Both the position numbers and the translations under genes were made by a program. 64,000 nucleotides of DNA from Strigamia acuminata. Its lineage: Eukaryota. This document shows positions 16,801 to 31,030 of the stretch, piece after piece. The stretch lies in the NCBI GenBank assembly GCA_949358305.1, contig OX442314.1, positions 26,474,001 through 26,538,000 on the forward strand, written 5' to 3'. Numbering within the stretch: position 1 is the first letter of the stretch; the number at the start of each line of letters is the position of its first letter. The notes below the pieces were generated by a model. It saw nothing but the letters and a program-made list of their open reading frames with translations, had not been told where the DNA came from and did not search any database.

Positions 16801-18647
16801 ATACTTCAAAGCCGCATTCCAAACGCAGAGACCAAGTTGGATAAGAGTGTTTTACACGCCGAGGATCGGTAGGGTTTGGCACGGATCCGGTGCGGAGTTG
16901 AGCTTATTTTGAATTTTTTTATATTCGCTAGAGTGGTATTGGAAATGCTTGTTCCGCGGTTGGGTTTTACGCGGCCTGGCCGTTTGCATGGCTGTGATGT
17001 CCTTCATTGTTTTATGGTCCGAAGTGACTTTTTTCAATAAGGATCCAGTTCTATCCCTTTTTGCGGTGTTTGTGGATTTGGCGAAATCATCATACAATTA
17101 CCTCCAGATTGAGGTAATAATTACAATTTCCTATTTTCTTGGTGCATTTACAATGTCTTTTGTTTGGTGTCCGTACAGATTGTTTCCATCATTACTTTAG
17201 CGTATTTGTGCGTGTGCACGTACTACACCGTGTTTAAAATCCGAGTTCTTAATTATTATTACTTGGCACCGTGTCACCAAACGGATGAATACAGTTTAAT
17301 TTTCAGCGGAACACTGTTGTGTCGTCTTACGCCACCCATGTGCCTCAATTTTCTGGGGCTCATTCACTTGGATAGTCATGTAATTAGTGATAGTAGCATG
17401 GAAGAAACATCTTATACACAGGTATGATTTCTCCATGTGTTACGTGCAATTTTTATGTCTGTTTTTGTTCTATTTCCTTTAGATTATGGGTCACCTGGAT
17501 GTAATTTCTGTCATATCCGACGGAGTCAACATATACCTTCCAATTTTGATTCTCCTGCTTTGTCTGGCAACTTATTTTAGTTTGGGCTCCAGGTTTCTCC
17601 ACTTGTTGGGTTTTCAACAGTTTATCGGAGATGATGACATGACGACTGATCTTATCGATGAAGGCAAAGAACTTATAAAACGAGGTAGGTACATGATAAT
17701 TTACAATCCCATATGCACGCTCTGTTCTGGTTTAAACATACCCAAGGCACTATGCTAGCATGGAAAAGCAAAGCCCTAGGCAAGCGTGGGAACAAGAAGC
17801 TCTAGGCTTGCATGGGAATAAGAGACCTCAGGCTCGCATGGGAATAAGAGACCTCAGGCTCGCATGGGAATAAGAAGCCCTAGGCAAGCGTGGGATTAAG
17901 AGACCCTAGGCAAGCATGGGAATAAGAAGCTCTAGGCTCGCATGGGAATAAGAGGCCTCAGGCTCGCATGGGAATAAAAAGCCCTAGGCAAGCGTGGGAA
18001 TAAAAGACCCCATGCAAGCATGGGAATAAAAAGCTCTAGGCTCGCATGGGAATAAGAGGCCTCAGGCTCGCATGGGAATAAGAAGCCCTAAGCAAGCATG
18101 GGAAGTGCAAGGCCCTAGACAAGCTTAAAAATGTGTGGCCTTAGGCAAGCTTATATGTTACTGTTTCACTGACAAGTGAGTTGTGTCAATGTCTGTAACA
18201 AGCTTTTGTTTGTGTGGTAATTATCAGAAAAGAGAAAAAGACAACGAACTGAAGATGGCATTAACCGACGGAAGCGGTTCAACGAAAAATTGAGTGGAGC
18301 GGCCGTATACAGGAACTCGTCTTCGGCAACTAGATGTAAATTTGAAACATTGTATAGTTCTTAATGCAAATGTAAATGATTTGTTGTCACTTTTAGCCGA
18401 GAGGTTTTTACGCAGAGGCGACTCTGCCGAATCCACCCATACCGAATTGCTAAGGGACGTCGAGCCGATTGATTACACTTCCGTAAGCGAACGGGAAAAG
18501 TTATCCGAAGACCCTTTGTCAGCTTCAACAAGGCGCATTGCCAGTGGAAATTCATTGTACCAATCAGACTCTGATCCAACACAATGGACAAATTCTTCAA
18601 GAAACTGGACAAGAAATCCACCACGAGGAATATTCGACGACGTGTAA
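13859..18647 (+). CDS. LMBRD2: LMBR1 domain-containing protein 2, multi-exon
   Basis: [11 protein letters not shown]...[32 protein letters not shown]...[57 protein letters not shown]-terminus PPRGIFDDV*. Confidence 0.95.
16153..16383. mobile_element. MITE with ~38-bp TIRs and TA TSD in LMBRD2 intron
   Basis: TACTCTGACCATGTGTAAGTTTGGTCTAAATCCGAGCC ... GGCTCGGATTTAGGCCAAACTTACACATGGCCAGAGTA, TA on both sides. Confidence 0.85.
17755..18125. repeat. 26-bp minisatellite (GCATGGGAATAAGAGACCTCAGGCTC-like) in LMBRD2 intron
   Basis: ~13 degenerate tandem copies. Confidence 0.85.
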
Positions 18648-19719
18648 AAAGAAGTGTGCCATATTGAAGCATGTTTATTGTATAGCCATATTTTTTATTT
18701 AAGCAATATTACAACCATTTACTATAGCATTGATGATAAATTATGTAAAGATCTAGATTTTCTTCCGTTCCTTGGTGTGCAATTTTGTGACAATCTCATT
18801 TGTAAAGAAAATAATTTCATTACATTCCATGCAATAAGCGTGCAATGAATCTTCAAAGCTTAAATAAAACATTAATTTAATCTGGCTGCCTTTTTGAAAT
18901 GCTCTTGCGGTTTTTGTTACACTGCGCTAATAATTCATTTTGCTGTTACTCAATTTAGCTGTAGGTATGTAATCCCGTACAAAGTGCACGAAACGTGTTC
19001 AAAAATGTCCATATCTCAATGTTGCGTGAATTTTTGCTTACGTGACCGGTTTAGGGGAATGGGGAATAAACGCAAAATCGATTTTATTTATTACAGTCGT
19101 TACTGATTGACTGCAGCCAATTTGACCAAAGTAAATAGGTGTCACCAAGCAACCAGTACTTTTACATAATATTGTTAACTGATAGAAAATAGAAATATCA
19201 ATACAAATAGTTTGTTGCTCACCCCAAAAGGTGAGTGTGGACTGGATTCTCATTCATATTTCAGCAAACGGGTCACAGTGTTGCCATTTAACCTTGGGAG
19301 TTGTCAACGTGTAGTTTTCTATCCGAGGAAGTTGTCGGTGGCGGAATTACTGGATACAGAACGTCGCGATAGGATAGTCTACATCACATGTGGTGTACCA
19401 TAGCAGAAAAACCATAGTTTAAATGTAAGGTGGGGCCCAAATTATATTTTTGCAGAGGAGTCGAAAATTTGAAGTTCCGCCACAGGAAGTTGTTAAGCAA
19501 TTTCAATGTCTCTTGAGACAAGCAGTGCGTGTGTAGTTCTCCTCGGTGATATTGATTGAGCTACAACAAAAATACTTACTAGGCACAACTATAATTAAGT
19601 GTAATTACTATAATAATGTTAATGACAATTTTGGACTTTTCAGGTAGTCAAGCCGTCAACGAAACGATTGACATTGGATGAATGTGACCATAAACATCGT
19701 ATACATAGCAGAGTTGAAA

Positions 19720-22700
19720 ATGGTTGTATTGAAAGTTTTTGTCCTCGAGATCATTTATTTGTTCACTATTCAATGCCGGAATTTGAATTCAAGTAAAACC
19801 ATGTTTACTTTGGTAAATCATGTAGTAAATAGTGAATTCGAATGACTTTTTTAGATGTTGGTGAAACAAATAGCTTGTATTATTTGAATCAAATGTGTAA
19901 GGCTGTAAATGTAGTGAAATTGGTAAATGCAAGAAGCGTTCTATTCGTTTACGATGAAGGTAAGTGAAGTTTTAAATTCATATTTGAATCAATTTAAATG
20001 AGAATGGTCAACAGCAATTGTGGATCATGGTATTTGGGGGCTCCAAATTTATATTAATAAAATTAAACCAAAATTTGCCAAGTTTTTATTTTATTTAACT
20101 TTAAACTATAAATCTGGGACCCTGAGCATGTATCAAATTTGCCCATACAATGGATGATGCATCTCTGGTTACCGGTACTGGTAGTACAGAGCACTAGGAT
20201 TTGGTTGATAGCAACAAAATCGACATAACCTCACCAGATTAAGGGGAGGAACAAGGAGGCAATTGGCCTTGGGCTCCCTGGTACAGTGTGTATAAAGAAT
20301 GCATGTTTTTATCCAAAAACAATTTTTTTTGGGTCTAAAAATGCATTTTTTTTGTCTGAAAATCCATTTTTTGGACTGAAAATGTATTTTTTTAGACTGA
20401 AAATGCATTTTTTTTGGGTTTGAAAATGCATTTTGTGGTCTGAAAATGCATTTTTTGGACTGAAAATGTATTTTTTTAGACCTAAAAGGCATTATTTTTG
20501 GGTTTGAAAATGCATTTTTTCGTCTGAAAATGCAGTTTTTGGTCTGAAAATGCATTTTTTGGTCTGAAAATGCATTTTTTGGTCTGAAAATGCATTTTTT
20601 GGTCTGAAAATGCATTTTTTGGTCTGAAAATGCATTTTTTGGTCTGAAAATACATTTTCATTTCTGAATATTCATGGACTCCCCTGTCGTAAATGCTCCG
20701 GAACCCCCCGAAGCCTCAATCCGGCCCCGTTGGGTCGACAGGATGTGACAAGCATGAGGTCGATAAAACGTGACAGGTAATAACTTAATTAGCCTAATGC
20801 CAGACATTACTCTAGCATAGCGTGACTTATCAATCCAATGCTTGTCATTTTAAGTGGAGTGTAATTTACCGGTAGTCGTAAAAAAAAAAAAAAAAAAAAT
20901 TGAAGGTTTGAAAAATCAACCGGTGCAAAATTGTTTTCTAACATGATTTGTGAAATATTTCTACAACTTTAAATATGTTAAACTGAAAGTGAACAACATT
21001 TTTTATTTTTGTATATTTTGAAACATTTTCATATTCTGTCAAGTTTTTTATTGTAACATCAATATAGTATTTTGATGTATCATTAAAATTGAACAATTTT
21101 GCTGTTTACTGTATCTCACTAACATATCCTTTTTTTATCCCAGATTTTCTGTCTTCTGCATTTCTTAATTGGCCATACACAGTTAAGCTTACATCGTTAC
21201 ATCTGTCTGGTAACAAAAACACATCAACAATTTTAGCAGATGGCTGCTTTGATTTATTAATTATCTGGCTCAGACTTCCTACTGATTGGACAAAGATACT
21301 TGAAAACGAAGTAGTCGATACTAGTTTTTAACATTATAACACTCACTATTTTCTTTTAATGCATTTTTTTTCAGATACCTCAATCGCATTTTGTAATCAA
21401 GAAAAAAACCATTATTTTTATGTCAGAGGATTATTCTCAAGAAGATTTCACTATGAGTACACAAGACTTGTTAATTTGGAAGCAAAACCAGATAATTTTT
21501 CTTAACTACGACAAAAACCGCGGATGTCAGGTTCAAATACTTCAACATCAAGTGCAATCAGTGTTAATCTTAATTGCTGGTCACCTGCTCTCATTAGAAC
21601 ACAGAAATTAAGCAGCATTGAGCCTGGAAATCTCAGTTGTGATTGGCTTACGGTACTGTTTCTTTGGCAAGAACATGTGCCGTCCACATCCAACTGCATT
21701 TTCTGTGGTTTTCTCTGTTCTCGGTATTGTTGAGTAATCAAATCCTGTTCTAATGTCTGGTGTGGGTGGAAAATTAAAGTTTATTTACAGTTTGAATGCT
21801 AATTATCTAAGTTTAACATATCTAAGCTAAAAGTTGGCAATGTTCAGTACTTTGAGTTATCTTGGACATTTGCATTTGGGGTTCCTTGATGGCATAATTC
21901 ACTACACTAGTTTTTTTAGCACAAGTAGGTTGCTTAGGCGATGGGAACTGCATCTGGAGATGGTCACAGTGCTGGACTGGTCCGGCGGGCTACCAGGAGT
22001 TTCCCGGTGGCCCGTGCCCGCTGTGGCCTGTCCCGACGACATTAATTGTGGCCCGGACACCCAGATTTCCCGGCAATAAATTTGTTCCCAGTCCAGCCCT
22101 GGATGGTCATAAGTAACGTTTTACGCGCGTTTACAACGGAGATCGGCAATCACAGCTCACCGCCCTCTATTTCCATCTATTTCCACCACCAGACCGCGCA
22201 AAATTCAATTTTGCCATTTGTCGTGCATGTTTTTTTTATCGCCGGAATGCGTGCCGTACGGTACTGATTGAAAACGACTATTCAAGGTAAGATCCATTTT
22301 TTGATTATATTTAAAAATTTTTTATGAAATATTTGATTTTATGATGTCTTATTCAATATTTTTTGATTTTTGAAAGGAAATATTAGATTTTTGAAAGGAA
22401 ATATTAGATTTTTGAAAGAAAATATTAGATTTTTGCAAAGAAATATTAGATTTTTGAAAGGAAATATTAGATTTTTGAAAAGAAATATTAGATTTTTTAA
22501 AGGAAATATTAGATTTTTGAAAGGAAATATTAGATTTTTGAAAGGAAATATTAGATTTTTGCAAGAAAATATCACTTTTTGAAAAGAAATATCTGATATT
22601 TGAAAGAATTGAATTTTGTGCAGTCTGGTGGTGGAAATAGATGGAGCGACAAGATTGGCTAAATGGGAGGTGAGCTGTGATTGGTGGCGCCGATCTCTCT

Positions 22701-25537
22701 CATGTGTAAAACTACGAATTCTTCGGTCCACGTGGCTGGTCCACTGCATCTTCGTTCTGGACGTCTGATCAGTCGGAAGCTGGATTCATAAGTGTGGCAA
22801 AAGCTGTGATTGGCAAGAGATCAATGGCTTTTATATCAGGACTGCACTTCCTGTTTAGGGAAGAGCCTTCCTGATTGGGCCAGATCAATCTTGACCAATC
22901 ATTCTGGATCTACCAAAATTTGCATATTCTCCCCCTGGAAGTGGCCGCAATTGGCAATTCTCGTCGTCTGCTTTGTACTTGTGCATTGTCTCTGTCTGTG
23001 GCCATTGTCACAATGCCAAAGTACGAATGAAAGGTTGGGTCTTCAAGAAAGTTGTCCCACAGATTGCAGCTTAATGTTTAACACTCAGTGCACTTGGTTA
23101 TGCCAAGTTAATTTATTTGTGGTTATATTTTTTATTATTTTCTCAGAATTTTACCGTCTTTCGCGTGAAATATTTAAAACGATCAAATTGCATTACAAAA
23201 TCCGAACTACAAATATCATGTGCAGAAATTAATTGCATTTCAAACGTTACCGACAATCAAATAATCCCATCCTACCATCCTACCATCTCTATAGGAATCT
23301 TTCCTGTAACTATAAAATATCTGTGTATCCAGTTGAAGCGGGCAAAGTTTATGTTGCTCTTTTGAACAGTAGAACCGTTAATGTGGAAATACATTTTGAT
23401 TTATTTACTTTTAGTACGTACCAGCAGCGACTGTAATCAAACAATATGACAACGGAACACGTTTATTTCGTGGATTATTTTATGACATAATTATTATATA
23501 CCTCTGTCCTATGATGAATTTAAGGTACCATACTCTCTTAGTACTTTGTCGAAGTACCCTAAACCCAAAATCTGTCTTTCTTACGAGTAGTGTGAATGAA
23601 ATATATGGAGACAATTTAACTAATGAAGTCATATACGAAATGATCATTAAAAAGGTAAATCATGACTTTAAGCTGCACAGACAAAAAGTGGAAACGTAAG
23701 AGAGCGGGTAAAATTTACTTGAAAAAACGGCTAAAAACTCGCCGGTTTGAGCAAACACATTTTTATTCAAAGCTTTGCTTTGAAGCGAGCTTGTACTCAC
23801 CCGCTCCGATCAAACTGAATTAGATTTACCAGCTTCAAGCTTGCTGGTGTTTTGGTCATGTGACTTTGACAGCCAATCAGAATCGTGAGGAAATTTATGA
23901 AGGAGATTATGGCAGGAATTTCTGGCAGCTAGCTTGAGTTCGCCAGTTAAGCTGGTAAGTCAAAAGCGGATCAAATGAGCACGTAAATGAAATGACTCCC
24001 TCTTTAAACGTGTACTAGCAAGCTTTGGAATTTTACACGCTCCCTTGTGTTTCCACCTAAAGGCATTGGTTGATCGTTAAGCCTTTGTGGATTGCTTGGC
24101 ATATTCCAAGCTTTGCTGATTTTTCGATATATGTCGGTACTTCTTCAAACATCAAGTCAAGTAATTATTATTATAGGAAGTAGATACAAGCACTACGCCT
24201 TACATAATGACATCGGACAGGATTGATTATCTGGACGGTACAACTTTGTATATGCAATCAGATAGATATGGCATTGCAATAGCAGCTGGAAAAGAAATTG
24301 AAAATTTCATCTGGTTAACATTCATCAAACCATTGAGTCGCAACATGTGGATTTGCACCATTGTTATCCTCCTTGCACTTAAATTAATCATTAAAAGAAT
24401 TGACAGGATAATGACATTACACCTCATACAAGGTTGAACCAATTGATTTATTGTAGCTTATTGCTCAACTGAGACAATTTTTTTGTTCATATTTTACCTT
24501 CAGATTTAACCAATTCCGTTAAAATATTCAGTTTTTTGTTTTATCTTTTGTACTTTTACATCACATCAGTTTATGGTTCGGGGCTTTATATTACATTCAC
24601 TGTAAGACCAAGCAGATATACAATCGAGACTTTAGAAGATTTAATAAAAGATGGAGGATACATGTTCTATGCCCATAAAGATTTCGAAATTCACGATATT
24701 GCAAAAGTAACTTTTATTTTTATTTTCTTAAATCTTTTGATTTTCTCATATTTTTTTAGCATGCCAAAGGAGGCAACCTCAAAGATTTGCATCATTTACT
24801 GAGTAAAAGTCCAAATGGTGGGATAATATCCGATTTCAACGAAATTTATAAATCCCTTTTGTCCAAACCAAATGCATTCGTTCACTACATGAGTTTACTT
24901 CAATTCGACCTTCAACACGATTGCAGACATTATCTAATTAAAATGCCTGATAGAATTGGTCTACCAATAGTGTTTGGTAAAGGATCAAAATTTGTCGAAG
25001 TGTTCACCCAAAAGTAAGTGAAGGAATCGATCGATTCGTTTATACATTTCTCAATTTACTCGTTTCTAGATTGATATTAATTCGAGAGTATGGTCTTCTG
25101 GCCGCATTGGAGTCGGATTACACACCAGAGAGACATTGCGAAACTAATTACAATTTGTTTAAACCATGTACAATACGTCAAACAATAAGTGCATTTATTG
25201 TTTTGTTGGCAGGGATTGGTGTTTCTCTTATCCTTCTTTTAATTGAACAGGTAAAAATAAATAAATTAATTAATTAATTAATAATTTAATTCTTTTTCAT
25301 AAGATTAGAGAAGTACATCCAGAATTAATAGAGAAGCTGAAATCACTTCCGTTTGATCTCATCAAAGTGATTAGATCAACTGCTATTTTCTTACACAAAT
25401 GCACAAGTGAAGTAAAATTTACAACAAAGTTGTGTTTTATATACTGTAATAGCAATTGTTATGATGTTTAGGTGTTTGAAAACATCTACAGATGCATGTT
25501 TAAAAGCCATTGTGCTAAAGACAGTGCAGCCCAATAA
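19720..25537 (+). CDS. Divergent ionotropic receptor (IR/iGluR-like) copy 1, ~14 exons, apparently intact
   Basis: Signal-peptide exon MVVLKVFVLEIIYLFTIQC; S1-like FRGLFYDII and EVDTSTTPYIMTSDRIDYLD; pre-M1/M1 FIKPLSRNMWICTIV; M3-like SVYGSGLYITFT...IETLEDL; M4 TISAFIVLLAGIGVSLILLLIEQ. Exon boundaries shared with copies 2 and 3. Confidence 0.75.
20320..20665. repeat. 20-bp minisatellite (GGTCTGAAAATGCATTTTTT)n in IR copy 1 intron
   Basis: Perfect copies 20540-20650, degenerate upstream. Confidence 0.9.
21967..22101. mobile_element. 135-bp hAT-type MITE
   Basis: TIRs CAGTGCTGGACTGG / CCAGTCCAGCCCTG; perfect 8-bp TSD GATGGTCA at 21959-21966 and 22102-22109. A related end occurs near 15310-15333. 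Confidence 0.85.
22115..22715. mobile_element. Foldback-like element: ~100-bp imperfect inverted arms around a 21-bp tandem array
   Basis: AATCACAGCTCACC...TCTATTTCCACCACCAGAC vs GTCTGGTGGTGGAAATAGA...GGTGAGCTGTGATT; internal (TGAAAGGAAATATTAGATTTT)n at 22370-22600. Confidence 0.65.
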
Positions 25538-26129
25538 CCATCACCAGTATTATTGCATGGATAAAACAACCAAATACGTATGAAATTCATACAATACATG
25601 AATCTATAGTTATGCAACCTGCTGCATCAAACAGGAATAAAGCAAAGTGCACAAATGTCAACAATCAAGAGATACTTTTAAAATGCTTTGACAAATGGTT
25701 GGCTGTAACTACAAATTCTTGAAAAATAATTACAAAAAAAAGTAAATTGAGAAACAGAAAAATAAAATTGTTAGCTCCTCCTTCTTAATGTACACTAACC
25801 AAAAATATATTGTAACACTAAATTCCCACTAGTTGCCCAGAACATTTAACCTAATGGCTAACCAAAATGTTGCTAGTTTAGGCACAGAGCTGAAACTACC
25901 AAGTTTACATGAATTGAGTGCTACCTGCTAATCGGCCTACTACCATGTACAATTTATAGGTAATGCATTCATCAGTTTAATAGTTTTTCTGTAGTTCTGT
26001 GAGAACCGAGACTTGTAAAGATGAAGCAACTAATTAGTTTATTTCAGGCTGAATTTTAAGGAAGGGTTGGGCAAAGTACAAGTGAAAAGTACAAGAATTT
26101 GTTATTTGATATTTTAAGCAATAAGGCGA

Positions 26130-26340
26130 TAATATTCGATATTACTAGCGATATTATTCGATATTACTAGCGATATTATTCGATATTACTAGCGATATTA
26201 TTCGATATTACGAGCAATATTATTCGATATTACTAGCAATATTATTCGATATTACTAGCAATATTATTCGATATTACTAGCAATATTATTCAATATTACT
26301 AGCAATATTATTCGATATTACTAGCAATATTATTTGATAA
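26130..26340. repeat. 22-bp minisatellite (ATATTACTAGCGATATTATTCG)n
   Basis: ~9 tandem copies. Confidence 0.9.
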
Positions 26341-28116
26341 TGCATTTAACTACACAATCGATAAAACGATATAAAATGTAATTATTATATAATTTCCACA
26401 AGTTCGCATTCACAAGAAATAAATTACTTATTTTTAGTACTCATTGGCAGTTGGAACAAACTGTGTGTAATAACTTGCTGCAAAATTTTAGAAAGTGTTT
26501 TCTTTGTAGCCACCGGAGTGATTGGATAAGTCAACTATAAAAGGTATAAAATTGTGGTGGCCTATTGTTACATGCCCAGACCACTAGATGGCGTCACCTC
26601 ACTTATGCACTTGACACCATCAGATCAGTCAACTTGGGGCTGCAGGGGGCAACAAAGTTTACCTCTTTGGCACCAGACTCAAACAACAAGGCAGATCTGC
26701 TCTGAAACTCAAGCTGTGTCTTTTGCTTGTCTCATGTTCACTCTTTTGGTCTTTTGAGACTGGCACCTTTAGCGCCTGGGCTCTTTAGCCAAAGCCTTAA
26801 AAAAATCGAACACCGCTGTTCGGTTAATCAGACGTTCATATGACCGCCGTTGGGATAACTGTTTAAAAAAAAAAAAATCAGCAAATTGAAATTTTTTATT
26901 CTTGTGAAAATAAAATAATTTAGACATTAAAAAAAGACAGTGGTTTTTCTTGTTTACTTGCATAATAATGCAAATTTCAATACATTTATTGAAGAAAATC
27001 AGTACTTTTGTAGTAGAAATTTAATTTTTTTCCACAATGGCTGGCTTTATTTCAGCTGATTTGTTTTCATTTTAAAACGAAAACATTTAACTTAAGATGA
27101 CTAAGATAAGTTGGATAGTACTAATTTGATGGTGCTCTACAACTTTGTAATTGGAAATTTTGCTCTATCTCAACCAGATAACGAGTTAGCGAATGAAAAG
27201 TGCATTGTTGCATGTCTGGCATAAAATTTGATTACACTATTGGATTTGTCATCCCTACTTTGCTGTAGGCTAGTCTGTTTGGTTTTTTGAAAAAGCATAT
27301 ACTTATTCTGGAAATTGACTGTAACGTCTTAAACGAAACACCCTGTATATCAAGCTCTAGCCCACTGTAATTTACGAGTAAACACCTTGCCATCCATGAT
27401 TTCATATCTGCTGTTTTATTCCTAACTATATTGGACATAAGTATACACATACTCGCTTTAGTTAAACATAAATAAAAACTGCCATTTCAAAATCTACCAG
27501 CATGTTCCAAATGACCCCTAATAATTTAATATACTAGTCTATTCCTCACATGTAATTAACCATAAAAATAAGATTGATTGATTTTTTTATTGTATCGTTA
27601 CAATAAATAAACCAAGCGTCACCTGCAAAGTGATGGTGTATTGATTTTCTGTCAAAACTAACTGTACTTACCTCCCATGAAATTAATTCCCATGGAAAAG
27701 AGCTGCATCCAGTGGTCACTGTGTTATGACTACCGGTAAGTGTTGTATGAAATCCGTATTGAACTATGGCCGTGTTTAAACTATTTGTTAGCAGCATTCT
27801 GTATCTGTATTTTGTTCGATGTTGGAATGTATATTCAGGTAAGTGTAATTAAATTGATGAATTCATTTCACACGCATCTTCTGTTGATGCAACTTCCACA
27901 ATGTACACAGAAATCCGAATTTTTTACATTTTTAGGTGTTGATGATATAAAAAGCAAACGTTATTTGCATTTTCATCTGACATGTAAGGCTATAAACATA
28001 GTGAAAATGATGAATACCAGAAGTGTCCTACTCTTCTATGATGAAGGTAAAGTCATTTTCAAATTTGTCAGAGATTAGTGTTTCATAAGCTTATATCTCG
28101 TGTAATATATTGAGTG

Positions 28117-28494
28117 TGTGAGTGTTCAGACGGACGCCACGTGGTCAGGGGAGGGCCACGAGGCGTTGGACGCAACACACAACGTACGGCGGACGTGGCG
28201 CAATTGGACGCTCAGGTCCCGATGGGTGACAGAGTCACCACGCCGATCGTTTGGTCCGTTTGGGTCGTGCGACCGTCTGGCTTGCTGGCTGTTGGACAAC
28301 TCGTGGACCACTACAGGGTCCATCCACTTCCGGAAGGGCACTTCTGGGCCCTGATTCTAATAATCAAGGGCCTGCAGCTCCACCTGATTGCAGAGGACCG
28401 CAACAGGCTGCGCAAGAGACGAGAGGCGCTGGAGCTGCGCCAGGTGCATTGCTGTTGCAGTGCAGTGATCAGCGCGCAGGGGCAGCTGGTCACA
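28117..28494. mobile_element. Probable solo LTR (378 bp) in intron 2 of IR copy 2
   Basis: TGTGA...TCACA termini, 4-bp TSD AGTG, GC-rich. The paralogous intron of IR copy 3 (62340-62368) shows the empty site. Confidence 0.7.
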
Positions 28495-29966
28495 AGTGGC
28501 AAATGTTAACTCAGCAATAATTCAAATATCTCTTCTGATTAATGACTTATTCTATTGGAAATTGATCATCTTGTGTTTGTGAGTGTGGATGCAATATTAT
28601 TTCATCCTAAATGTGATAAGCCCAGAACATGTTCAAGTATACCAGGATACTTTTGCCTATCGCAATGGACATTTAGACCAAAAATGTTTTTTCCTGAATT
28701 TGCAGTACGCACAATTCTGTTCTTAAACGGTGGATACATTCCAGAAAAAAACATGTGAAAAAAGAAACTAGCTAACTGCATTTAACAAGTCGTGTTGTAA
28801 GTGTTGTAGGTGTTTGTGTTTTTGTTTTGTGATGTTAAAAGACACAAAACCAAACACCAAAAACATGACTTGTGAATGCAGCTACTGTTTTTTTTTAAAA
28901 AAAACTCTTTATACAAAATTTACAGAGAGACATAGTAGTTACTATGCCGCAACATAGAACTACATTCCGGCAGGCCGCTAAGAGTTATTGTCGTTTGTTT
29001 GTGTTTTTGCTATCAGTATTAGTCTGTGGTGAGAGAACTAAGAAATGTGTCTGTGCACATTGGATTATGTATGTTGTTTAAGTGCCATCTCTTCTGCCAT
29101 TGTTGTGCCATTGTGAGGTTTGCTTGTCAACTTGTGGTTAGATTAATGTTTTTCTACACTTGGAATTTGCACCAGTGGCTATTTCCGTTGCTGGCGCTGG
29201 TTTACATTTCCGCCAAAAAGAACTGTCCTCTTAGGACGTAGTTCTACGTAAAAACCGTGTTAAATCAAAATAAATTGTGTAAAAAAAGTATTGAATTACT
29301 CTTATACTGTAGACCGTGTAAAAAAAAACAGAATTAGATGTATTTCAAATTGAAAAAAAAATTATTTCTTATGTTTCAGAATTTGTTTCTCCTGCATTTC
29401 TGAAATGGCCATACACAACTAAACTTACAACATTACAATTGTCTGGTAACAAAAACACAACAGCAATTTTGCCAGATCATCGCTTTGATTTATTACTTGT
29501 CTGGTTGAAACATCCAATCAACTTGATGAAGATATTTGAAAATGAAGTAATCTGTACAATACTTTACAAATCGAAAACCATATCTACACATTCTATTCCA
29601 GGCATTTCGATCACCTTTTGTGATTGAGAAGAAAACAATCTTGTTTCTGTTAGAAGATTATTCTCAAGTGGATATCACTATGACTACACAAGACCTGTTA
29701 ATTTGGAAGCAAAACCAAATCATTTTTCTTACCGATGCAAAAAACCACACTTGTCAGGTTATACTTCAAAATCAAGTGCACTGAGTACAACTAGAATAGT
29801 ACTAATTTGACTTTTCAATTATAAAAAATTATTTTTATAACACTACACTGCCATGCTATTAACGATTAATTTCTGTGTAATTTTGATTAATTTAACAGAA
29901 TTTTAATATGATTTCAATGAAATATGTGAAAAACTTACACTCCCTTAGAAAATGTGGTATACAAAT

Positions 29967-30962
29967 TGTGGTGACCCGACTGGGGTGGGGCACGAAGAGT
30001 TTCTCTCGTGGCCTACATACGGGTAAAGAAGGGGAGTCGCACGCGCGCCTCCCTTCCCTCAGAGCATTGACATCCAGTCAATGGACGGGCGTCTGCCCTG
30101 GGGGAGTGGGGGAGATTCGTCTTCTCCACTATTGGGTGGCTTTAGTCACCTGTCACCCCCCGCTTTGTGCAAAGGAATTCGCCTTGCACTGAGCGGAGAG
30201 AACCAACACAAAAATCAACCAAGATACACGTAAAAGCCAAACGTCCTAAAACGATCAAGCCTAAGTACAAAGACTTCAGGAGTGACCTAGGACAAGGGAC
30301 TTTCAACGTGAGTACGATTGATTTGTGTTAACCTCCGCAGAGTAACCTGCGAAACAAGATTACCACACTATTTTAGCAAGCCAGCTAGAAATAGTAAACC
30401 TACTCCAATTTAGCGAGTTGTGCAGACAAACGGTCGCACAAGCCTAAATTGCAGTAACCACGACGAGCGTTCCCGCCGCTGTGTGTATCGCCGGGAACCA
30501 CCAAGCGTCCGCCGCTGTGTGATCGCCGGACACCTACAAAAAACCCTAAACCTAGACAACAGACCAGAAGTAAGACCTTTCAGGCATTCACTCGCGCCCG
30601 ACCAGCGTGAGCCCGAAGGACCGAACGAGAAACGTGAGACGAGGACGCCATTCATTGCCACGCCGGCCCAAGACGACACCACGTTGCCACGCGGACGCCA
30701 TCTTGGATCCACAGCGACAAAGGACGACCTCGACCAGTTTCCCGCCAACTTCACACCCCTTTCCTTTTACCTTTTTATTCCCTTACATATTTTATTCCCT
30801 TTTAACTGTATATTCCCGTATAATAAATACATTTATTATATTTACCTTTTACATTGTCTTGCCGTGTTACATTATTTGGGTAACCGCTTGAGTAAAGCGG
30901 TATTGCGAGATCAGAGAGTGACTCATACCACGTATCAGCGACAGACCGAGTTGAGCGCGACA
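29967..30962 (+). repeat. 5' LTR of element 1
   Basis: Direct repeat of 42493-43488; TG...CA ends; AATAAA near 30822. Confidence 0.97.
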
Positions 30963-31030
30963 CGTGGGGGCCTGTCCGGGATCGATTTAAACGACTCGAA
31001 TAGAACTTGAGATCATTTTCATACCCAAAA

